DNA from: Magnetococcales bacterium WMHbinv6
Lineage (GTDB): Bacteria; Pseudomonadota; Magnetococcia; Magnetococcales; Magnetaquicoccaceae
Assembly (NCBI GenBank): GCA_002753135.1
Contig: PDZV01000002.1
Coordinates: 57,718-81,717 of the forward strand
Direction of reading: 5' to 3'
DNA: 24,000 bases
The translations under genes were made by a program, and so were the position numbers. Below, piece by piece: positions 15,757 through 23,076 of the stretch (its first letter is position 1; the number at the start of each line of letters is the position of its first letter). The notes below the pieces were generated by a model that made no database searches, was not told the origin of the DNA, and worked only from the letters and a program-made list of their open reading frames with translations.

Positions 15757-16854
15757 CTAATCGGCCTCTGTCACCTCTCTGCCCTGCCCGGCCAATTGTT
15801 CTGCCCAGTCGAGCAAATTTTTCCGACTGGCCACAAATACACCACTTGCGCCAAAATGGAAGGGAATCCAGTTGACCTGCAACGTCGGCCAGCGTGCCCG
15901 CATGCGTTGCTCGGTCTCATCCCCCACTTCGCAAATCAACACCCCCTCGGCAGTCAAATGGTCGGCTGCCTGCCGCAAAATGGGCTCCACCACCGCCAAT
16001 CCATCCACACCACCATCCAAGGCCAGGGCCGGTTCATGCCGGTACTCCTGCGGCAAGACGGCCATGCTCTGCTGGTCCACATAGGGGGGATTGCTGACAA
16101 TCAGGGAGTAGCGGCTTTTACCCAATTGGGCAAACAGATCCGATTGACGCCATGACACCCGACTGTTCATGCGAAAACGACACCCATTGGCCGCTGCGAC
16201 CGCCAAAGCGGCGGGGGAAACATCCACACCCTCCACCTGTGCTTCGGGAAAGGCCATGGCAAACGCAATCGCCAAACAACCACTTCCTGTACCCAAATCC
16301 AGAATGCGCTTCGGCTCCCCCTTGTCGAACAGCCGACGCAATTTTTTCGCATCGGCCAGCATGTTTTCGATCCGCGAACGGGGAATCAACACAGCCGGGG
16401 TTACCAGATAGAGATGTCCGGCAAAGGGGGCTTCACCGACAACATAAGCTGCTGGCAGGCGTTGCTGCAACCGCTTGTGCAAAAACTCCGTCAAAATGGC
16501 GGCAAAGCCCGGCGGCGGTTGCCGCTGCAGCCAGTTCTGCCAACGAGCCAACACCTTGGCTATCTTGCGCCGCTCGCCGCCCTCGGAACGCAAACGGTCC
16601 ACCTCTTCTGCCGGCAAAACCCGTAACAAGGCATGATAGACCAAAAATTCTGCCTCAAGGCACGCTTCCTGCATGCCGTTCTCGAGGCTGACTTCCGCTG
16701 CCGTTATTTGCGCGGTGGCCTCATCCAGCCAGCCCTGCAGCGTTGGCTGCCGCCCAGCAGAAACAGTTTGTCTGTTGCGGCTATGACATTCGGTGCGTTT
16801 CACGATTGACGACCTATAGTATCTGTTGGTTACGATAATTGCAGCATGCGTCAT
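15757..16854 (-). CDS. prmB: Ribosomal protein L3 N5-glutamine methyltransferase PrmB (HemK family)
   Basis: Collinear with the PrmB pattern: VLIPRS, ILDLGTGSGCLAIAFAMAFPEAQVEGVDVSPAALAVA, SLIVSNPPYV, LPQEYRHEPALALDGGVDGL, GVLICEVG. The start is uncertain. The first about 18 codons from 16854 are A/T-rich with rare Arg codons, so the GTG at 16803 or another downstream start is plausible. Confidence 0.8.
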   Translation of the reverse strand: MTHAAIIVTNRYYRSSIVKRTECHSRNRQTVSAGRQPTLQGWLDEATAQITAAEVSLENGMQEACLEAEFLVYHALLRVLPAEEVDRLRSEGGERRKIAKVLARWQNWLQRQPPPGFAAILTEFLHKRLQQRLPAAYVVGEAPFAGHLYLVTPAVLIPRSRIENMLADAKKLRRLFDKGEPKRILDLGTGSGCLAIAFAMAFPEAQVEGVDVSPAALAVAAANGCRFRMNSRVSWRQSDLFAQLGKSRYSLIVSNPPYVDQQSMAVLPQEYRHEPALALDGGVDGLAVVEPILRQAADHLTAEGVLICEVGDETEQRMRARWPTLQVNWIPFHFGASGVFVASRKNLLDWAEQLAGQGREVTEAD

Positions 16855-16939
16855 TCATTCCGGATTGACCAGAAAAAAAATGGGGCATCACCCTCTAAAA
16901 GGTGCTTGTTGTTCGTCGTTAATTATCGTACCCTGTGTG

Positions 16940-16968
16940 TTGGAATTTTGACTTGTTGGATTTTTGAC
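16940..16968 (+). repeat. Tandem direct repeat TTGGAATTTTGAC / TTGGATTTTTGAC (13 bp, 1 mismatch, 16-bp register) in the prmB / EBP1 divergent intergenic region
   Basis: Read directly at 16940-16952 and 16956-16968. It is about 80-108 nt upstream of the EBP1 ATG at 17048. An 8-bp stem (ACCGCTCG...CGAGCGGT, 16976-17002) follows. Confidence 0.35.
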
Positions 16969-17047
16969 GCGCTCCACCGCTCGTTGCCGCCGTTCGAGCG
17001 GTCTGTCAACCTTGGCCTCTTCCGGAAAGGGTATCAAGTTCATCATC

Positions 17048-18043
17048 ATGTATGGAATCATCGGCAAATCTCCCAGCATGCAAAAGCTGTACAGAATGAT
17101 CCAACGGGTCGCCACCTCCAGTGCCACCGTCCTGATCCAGGGCGAAAGCGGCACCGGCAAGGAGTTGATTGCGCGTGCCCTGCACGATCTCTCTCCCCGC
17201 AAAGAGCAACCCCTCATTCCGGTCAACTGCGGTGCCATTCCGGAAGATCTTCTGGAATCCGAGCTGTTTGGCCATGTGCGCGGTGCCTTTACCGGTGCGG
17301 CTCATACCCGTGTCGGTCGTTTTGAACTGGCCAACAACGGCACCCTGTTCCTGGATGAAATTGGCGACATGAGCCCGAAGTTGCAAGTAAAAATGTTGCG
17401 CGTTCTGCAGGAAAAAGTGGTGGAACCGGTCGGTGCCGTCAAAACCGTCAAGGTGGATGTGCGCGTCATCGCCGCCACCCATAAAAACCTGGAAAAAGAG
17501 GTCGCAGAAAATCGTTTTCGCGAAGACCTTTTCTACCGCTTGAACGTGGTACCCATTCATGTCCCGCCGCTGCGCGACCGTGGCGATGACATTCCCTTGC
17601 TCGTTGACCATTTTCTGAATAAATTTGCAGAAATCCAGGGCAAACGGGTCACGATCGATCAGGAAATTCTGGAGATGTTTTTCGCCTATCGCTGGCCGGG
17701 CAATGTGCGCGAACTGGAAAATTTGATCGAACGCCTCACCGTGCTGTCGGAAGGACAAGTCCACCGCGATGATATTCCCGAAAAAATATTAAATGGCAGT
17801 GCGGAACCGCTCTCCGGGGAATCGGCAACCGTTGTCGTCCCTGATTTTGGCAATATCATTGCCAACCTGGGCGAAGGGGTTGATTTTAATCATGAAGTGG
17901 ACTCTTTCGAAAACCAGTTGATCCTGTCCGCGCTCGACAGCACCGGATGGAACAAAAACAAGGCCGCCCAATTGCTCAATCTCAACCGTACCACGCTGGT
18001 TGAAAAGATCAAGAAAAAGGGCCTGGAACGCATGGAGGGTTAA
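17048..18043 (+). CDS. Sigma-54-dependent transcriptional activator (bEBP) consisting only of an AAA+ core and a Fis-type HTH; no N-terminal sensor domain
   Basis: [46 protein letters not shown]... carries Walker [16 protein letters not shown] (GAFTGA loop), [10 protein letters not shown] (Walker B), [20 protein letters not shown] and a C-terminal [28 protein letters not shown]. The AAA+ core begins within a few residues of the ATG at 17048. Even the longest ORF (TTG 16964) adds only 28 non-domain residues. Confidence 0.88.
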   Translation: MYGIIGKSPSMQKLYRMIQRVATSSATVLIQGESGTGKELIARALHDLSPRKEQPLIPVNCGAIPEDLLESELFGHVRGAFTGAAHTRVGRFELANNGTLFLDEIGDMSPKLQVKMLRVLQEKVVEPVGAVKTVKVDVRVIAATHKNLEKEVAENRFREDLFYRLNVVPIHVPPLRDRGDDIPLLVDHFLNKFAEIQGKRVTIDQEILEMFFAYRWPGNVRELENLIERLTVLSEGQVHRDDIPEKILNGSAEPLSGESATVVVPDFGNIIANLGEGVDFNHEVDSFENQLILSALDSTGWNKNKAAQLLNLNRTTLVEKIKKKGLERMEG

Positions 18044-21016
18044 GTGGTCTGTTCTACGCTGCGCGTCAATCACCGGTTGCTCTCTTGGAACGCTGACACA
18101 CTGCGTCTTCTGACGGTGGGTCTGTTGTGGTTACTGCTCTTTTCGTGGGCCCATGAAGCCGCTGCCTTCTCCACCATCCTCAAGGTGAGCCGCGAAGAAA
18201 AGGGCAAACGGGAAGTTCTCTCTTTCAACACCCCCCCCGGTGCCGGACGGCCACGTCTGGAACTGCTGACGCCGGAGACGTTGCGTCTGGTGGTACCCGG
18301 CCTGCTGGCACTGCCGGCTACTGCCCTTGACACCGAACAGTCACAGTTGATCGGCAGCTTTAAAGTGGAAGGTCTGCAAAGCGAGGAGATGGGTCTCGAC
18401 ATTACCATCGGCTTGAAAAAAATCAATCTGTCTTTTCGCGACGCCCTCGGCACCCCTGATCCGGTTCTGGGTACACCCTATCGCCTGGAGATCGACACCC
18501 CCATTGCTCCCACCAGCGTCAAAGAAAATCGCATTCTGGAGAGCCGTGTGCTGGCAGGACGTGACGGTACCTTGTTGATTGTCTCGCACACCGGCAGCTC
18601 CCAGGTGGAGTCGGCAGTGGATCTGGGGGCGCATCTGTTGCGACTGCACTGGAAAGGTGCCCTGCTCGATCCGGGCTGGCGGCATGCCAAACCGGAAGGG
18701 TTGGCCAACCGTGTTCTGGCCTATCCGTTCCCGGAACAGGTGGAGATGGAGGTACAGCTCGATTCCAGTGTTTCCGATGTTCGCTTCCATCAAAGCAATG
18801 AGGCGGGTCTGTATATTGTCGCCATTTCCAACCGATCGCAGCTTGGGCGGCAGGCGGATGTCGAGGAGATGATCCGCCAACGCAAAGAGCAGCTGGCCAG
18901 CGGTGAGGTGCGCCCTTTGAACCGTCTCGACCCCGCTTTTGTCGCCCGCCCGGATCGTACCGTGGTGTTGAACGGCCAACTGGTCGATGAGGTCTATTAC
19001 CTGAAAAGCGCCCAGGCTGCCGCCAAGGATCATCGTTACGCCCGGGCACGTGGTTTTTTGCGACGCCTGCTGACGGTATTTCCGGATACACCCAACCGCC
19101 AGTTCGTTGAATTTTATCTCTGGGATCTGGCCTACAAAATGCGCTGGAAACCGGGTTGGTTACTGGCCGGATTGGGCAATCTGCTGGCACGTTATCCCAA
19201 TACCATCCATTATCCCTACTACCGTCTGCTGCAGCTGCAGTTGCTGAACCGGGCCGGCCTCTATGAAGAGGCAGAACATATCCTTTGGGATCCAAACCTG
19301 CCCAAAGATAATGTCCGTGTCTGGGTGGAACGGGGTCATTCCGCCTTGGGTCTGGCTCGTTCCAACCAGAATGATCCCACCTACTGGAAAGCCGCCGGGG
19401 AGTATCTGCGCAAAGTTCTGGAGCTTACCGGCGACAAGGGGGATGCCAGCGCCGAAGCCCATTACCTGCTGGTACGGGCGGCACAAAATCCCAACAACGA
19501 CGGTCCCAGTGCCACCAAACTGCTGGACGGGCTGCAAGCCGAGCATTTGGCTTTCATCGCCAATCGTCCTGACTGGTTGATGTCCATCGCCGATATTTAC
19601 TACGAAAACCGGCATTATGATCGGGCTTTCAAATATTACAGCCAGTTTTTAACCAACTATCCGACCCTTACCCGCATCACGCCCTGGGCAACCCTGCGGG
19701 CGGCAGAGAGCAGCTGGCAACTGGGCCGCAGCGCCGAAGCAGGCAGCAGCGAACAACGGGATCGCTATTTCGATGCCCGCAACCTCTATAGTGCCCTGCG
19801 AGAAAAATATCCCAAAACCGATGCCGCAGTCTGGGGACAGGTGTTCCAATTGCGGATGGAAGATGGCAGCGATATTGCCACCCGTCTGAAGCGGATCAAC
19901 AGCGTGGCCAAAAATATTCGTCTGCCGGATGCCCTCTCTGAATTGTTGCTCGCCAAAGCAGAACTGTTGGGCGAAGATGGCCGCTACGAAGAGGCTCTGG
20001 TCACTTTGAACCGGATCATCGCCTCGACCATGGAGATCAAAATGGTTGCCCGTGCCATCAAGCTGAAGCGGGAATATTTAATCACCGGTATGCAAAAAGA
20101 TCTGGCCAATGATCGACCGGAACATGCCATCCTGCTGGCCGAACTGAATGGCGAGGATCTGCGCAACAACCCCAATCTGATACCGGTGCGCACCTATCTG
20201 GCCGAAGCGCTGTTGCGCGTCGGCATGCCCGAACAGGTGACAACCCTGCTGGATGGATTGACCACACCGGCTGCCAGCAGCCTGAAACGTCTCAGTACCG
20301 CCTTTGCCGCTGGACGGTGGCCAGAGGTGTTGGCACCACCAGAAATGGGTGATACGGTCAAGGCGATGAGCGAAGCCCATCCGACGGTGGGTACCGGTGC
20401 CCCCATGATCGATGAAAACGCCTCCGCAGAAGAGGCTGTGGCCCACGCGGCCAAACTGGCCGAACCGGTGCCCGATGGCGATGCCGGGGCTTCCATCACC
20501 GAACTGGTCCCCGTGGAAGAGGCACGTGTCCGCCTGGACGAAGCGGCTCGCCTGCTCGATTTAAGAGAGTGGGAAGCCATTTTACGCCTGCTGGAAAAAT
20601 TGCCGGATAACCTGCTTAACCAACAAGGTCAAGAAAAACGCCTGCGCCTGATGGCCAAAGCCGAAGAGGGGCGCGAACGCTATCCTTTCGCCGTACAGTA
20701 TCTGGAAGATCTGTTGGCAGGCAAAAAACTGGCCGATGGCAACGATTATTATTGGTACGCCTCGGTGCTGCAACAGTGGAAGGGTGACAGCAAGGCCCTG
20801 CCCGCCTACCTGCGGGTTAGCGAGGAGGCCAGCGATAAGGACGTGCAGGCCTTGGCCCATATGCGAGTTGGCGATATTATGCAACGGGAGGGCAATTATC
20901 CCGGTGCCCGTGACCATTTCCGTGAGGCGGCCCGACTCGCTCCGGGTTCGGCCCTGGCCACCGTTTCCCAAGAAAATGCTTCGCAACTCGAGATGGCTAT
21001 GGAGGTTGCCAAATAG
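18044..21016 (+). CDS. 990-aa exported protein: signal peptide, beta-rich N-terminal region (about 270 aa), then extended TPR / YbgF-BamD-like helical repeats
   Basis: The GTG at 18044 directly abuts the EBP1 TAA, and there is no in-frame ATG before the signal sequence. The signal peptide is LRLLTVGLLWLLLFSWAHEAAA|FST. The N-terminal part has short alternating beta-like segments (VLSFNTPPGAGRPRLELLTPETLRLVVPG; LLIVSHTGSSQVESAVDLGAHLLRLHW). From about residue 310 there are repeated helical-pair motifs (YARARGFLRRLLTVFPDTPNRQFVEFYLWDLAY; YDRAFKYYSQFLTNYPTLTRITPWATLRAAESSWQLG; YEEALVTLNRII; YPGARDHFREAARLAPGS). I recognise no catalytic motif. Confidence 0.75.
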   Translation: MVCSTLRVNHRLLSWNADTLRLLTVGLLWLLLFSWAHEAAAFSTILKVSREEKGKREVLSFNTPPGAGRPRLELLTPETLRLVVPGLLALPATALDTEQSQLIGSFKVEGLQSEEMGLDITIGLKKINLSFRDALGTPDPVLGTPYRLEIDTPIAPTSVKENRILESRVLAGRDGTLLIVSHTGSSQVESAVDLGAHLLRLHWKGALLDPGWRHAKPEGLANRVLAYPFPEQVEMEVQLDSSVSDVRFHQSNEAGLYIVAISNRSQLGRQADVEEMIRQRKEQLASGEVRPLNRLDPAFVARPDRTVVLNGQLVDEVYYLKSAQAAAKDHRYARARGFLRRLLTVFPDTPNRQFVEFYLWDLAYKMRWKPGWLLAGLGNLLARYPNTIHYPYYRLLQLQLLNRAGLYEEAEHILWDPNLPKDNVRVWVERGHSALGLARSNQNDPTYWKAAGEYLRKVLELTGDKGDASAEAHYLLVRAAQNPNNDGPSATKLLDGLQAEHLAFIANRPDWLMSIADIYYENRHYDRAFKYYSQFLTNYPTLTRITPWATLRAAESSWQLGRSAEAGSSEQRDRYFDARNLYSALREKYPKTDAAVWGQVFQLRMEDGSDIATRLKRINSVAKNIRLPDALSELLLAKAELLGEDGRYEEALVTLNRIIASTMEIKMVARAIKLKREYLITGMQKDLANDRPEHAILLAELNGEDLRNNPNLIPVRTYLAEALLRVGMPEQVTTLLDGLTTPAASSLKRLSTAFAAGRWPEVLAPPEMGDTVKAMSEAHPTVGTGAPMIDENASAEEAVAHAAKLAEPVPDGDAGASITELVPVEEARVRLDEAARLLDLREWEAILRLLEKLPDNLLNQQGQEKRLRLMAKAEEGRERYPFAVQYLEDLLAGKKLADGNDYYWYASVLQQWKGDSKALPAYLRVSEEASDKDVQALAHMRVGDIMQREGNYPGARDHFREAARLAPGSALATVSQENASQLEMAMEVAK

Positions 21017-21021
21017 CCACC

Positions 21022-22506
21022 ATGATGGATAGACAGGATGTGGCCGGATTGTCTCAGCCACCTGCGAAAACATCCCCTGCCGGTAAAGATCAACTCGTCA
21101 TCCTGGTGGGAAAACGTGATGAGCCGCTGCTGATTCTGGCCAACCAGTTGCGTGCCCTCGGTGTTGCCTCTCTGTTGCTTGCTGACGGTGCGGAAATCAA
21201 GCTGCATCTGTCGCAAAATTCACTGCAGCGTCCACCCAGCCTGGTGGTGGTGGATGTGGAAACGGTCCGTAATGCCCTGGAACTGATTCGCGAGTTGACC
21301 TTTCTCTATCGGGGGTTGCCGGTGTTGGCAGCTGCCTGCAAAGGGAGCGTGGCCGATGCCCGTGAAGCCATCGATGTGGGAGCGGCTGACTATTTTCTCC
21401 TGCCGGTTGGCGATGACAAGCTTTCGGGTCTGTGGAGCAGCTTTGGCAATCAATATTTTGATCCAGAACTGGGACGGGGCCGCCGTCTGATTACCAATGA
21501 CGAGCGCATGCGCCGTATCCTGATGCAAATTCGCCGTGTCGGCCAAACCAACGCCACCGTTTTGATTCAAGGTGAGAGCGGCACCGGTAAAGAGTTGATC
21601 GCCCGCTTTCTGCACCAGGTCTCCAATCGGAGCAAGGGCCCTTTTGTTGCCATCAACTGTGCCGCCTTGCCGGAAAATTTGTTGGAATCCGAGCTGTTTG
21701 GCCACGCCAAAGGGGCCTTTACCGGTGCCATGGTCGATCATAAGGGTAAATTTCTGCAAGCCAATGGCGGCACCATTTTTCTTGACGAAATTTCTGAAAT
21801 GTCCTTAAACCTGCAAGCCAAACTGTTGCGGGTGCTGCAGGAACGGGAGGTGGATCCGGTCGGTGGCCGTTCACCGATTGCCCTGGACGTGCGGGTGGTC
21901 GCCTCGACCAACCGGGATCTGCGCCAATGGGTGGACCAGGATAAATTTCGTGAAGATCTCTTTTACCGCCTGAATGTGTTTCCGGTGCAGCTGCCAGCCC
22001 TGCGCGAACGTCCAAAAGATATTTTGCAGCTGAGTGAACATTTTCGGGTACGCTTTATCGCGGAACTGGGGCGCAACAATATTGCCTTTTCCAACCCGGC
22101 GATGGCCGCTTTGCAAACCTATGACTGGCCCGGCAATATTCGTGAATTGGAAAATGTCATCCACCGCGCCCTGCTGATGGCAGAAGGTCGGGAAATCCAA
22201 CCGGAAGATTTGATGATTGATGTGCCGATCACCAGCAACAGCCGCTTTACGCCAGCCGCCAGCAGCGACCAGGATGTGCTGGAACCACCACTGCCCAGCT
22301 ATTTTGCCAACCATGCAGCGGGCGGCGATGATGACGATAAACAACGCCTGCATTTGCCGGTTGGTACCACCGTGCGGGAGATGGAAGAGTTTTTGATCTT
22401 CCGTACCCTGGATGAGGTCAACGGCAACCGCACCCGTGCCGCTGAACTGTTGGGGATTTCCATCCGTACTTTGCGCAACAAGTTAAACGAGTATGCGGCT
22501 CGTTAA
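21022..22506 (+). CDS. Sigma-54-dependent transcriptional activator with a degenerate receiver-like N-terminal domain (FleQ/FlbD-style architecture)
   Basis: 494-aa ORF. The N-terminal domain of about 140 aa has a receiver-like layout (QLVILVG..., SLVVVDVE, LPVLAAACKGS, GAADYFLLPV). The AAA+ core follows: [64 protein letters not shown]. The C-terminal HTH is NRTRAAELLGISIRTLRNKLNEY. Confidence 0.88.
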   Translation: MMDRQDVAGLSQPPAKTSPAGKDQLVILVGKRDEPLLILANQLRALGVASLLLADGAEIKLHLSQNSLQRPPSLVVVDVETVRNALELIRELTFLYRGLPVLAAACKGSVADAREAIDVGAADYFLLPVGDDKLSGLWSSFGNQYFDPELGRGRRLITNDERMRRILMQIRRVGQTNATVLIQGESGTGKELIARFLHQVSNRSKGPFVAINCAALPENLLESELFGHAKGAFTGAMVDHKGKFLQANGGTIFLDEISEMSLNLQAKLLRVLQEREVDPVGGRSPIALDVRVVASTNRDLRQWVDQDKFREDLFYRLNVFPVQLPALRERPKDILQLSEHFRVRFIAELGRNNIAFSNPAMAALQTYDWPGNIRELENVIHRALLMAEGREIQPEDLMIDVPITSNSRFTPAASSDQDVLEPPLPSYFANHAAGGDDDDKQRLHLPVGTTVREMEEFLIFRTLDEVNGNRTRAAELLGISIRTLRNKLNEYAAR

Positions 22507-23003
22507 TGAGCATGGGAGGCAGGGTACCAATCACAATGGCGACCTCTTTTGAGCAAAAGCGGCTGACATGGCTGCTGTTATTGTGTACAGCCCTGTTGCT
22601 GACCGCCTGCAGCCCCAACAGTGCCGCCACCTCTGGCAGCATTGAGGCGGAACTGATCGCCGGTGATGGCTTTCTGCAACATTTGCAGCGCTATTTTTTT
22701 CCGAAATCCTACTGGAAGAAAAAAAGTGAACAGATGCAGGAGCGGGTCAAAGGCTACCAGGAAACCTTCAACGAAAAGGCCAAGATCTATCATCAACTGT
22801 TGAGCAAACGTCGGGAAAAGGTCAACACCGCCATCGCCCAGGCAGAAGCGGCGGGCAAACCGGTGGAAGAGGCACGGCGACTGGTGATTCAGGAGTTTCG
22901 CGACACCCTGGATCCGATCCGCGAAGAGACGCGACAACTGGGGAAAGATTTGCGCCGTGCGATGACACTGCTGGCACAGGCAGAGATGGCCTCCCGGCAA
23001 TAA
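22506..23003 (+). CDS. Small predicted lipoprotein with a charged, helical mature domain; function unknown
   Basis: The ATG at 22506 shares a base with the EBP2 TAA (TAATG); an alternative ATG lies at 22536. The lipobox is LTWLLLLCTALLLTAC|SPNS. The mature part is K/E/R/Q-rich and predicted helical (KKKSEQMQERVKGYQETFNEKAKIYHQLLSKRREKV...EETRQLGKDLRRAMTLLAQAE). Confidence 0.65.
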   Translation: MSMGGRVPITMATSFEQKRLTWLLLLCTALLLTACSPNSAATSGSIEAELIAGDGFLQHLQRYFFPKSYWKKKSEQMQERVKGYQETFNEKAKIYHQLLSKRREKVNTAIAQAEAAGKPVEEARRLVIQEFRDTLDPIREETRQLGKDLRRAMTLLAQAEMASRQ

Positions 23004-23076
23004 ACAACCTGTCCGCACCCTGGCGCACGGCGACGCCACGGCAGACAAGCTGGCACGATCCGTCAACAAAACGCCA

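Noticed and set aside
23004-23076. Searched for a bidirectional intrinsic terminator between the convergent lipoprotein and EAL genes
   Set aside because: Only a 4-bp GGCG/CGCC dyad is present and there is no U/A tract, so a terminator call is not supportable.
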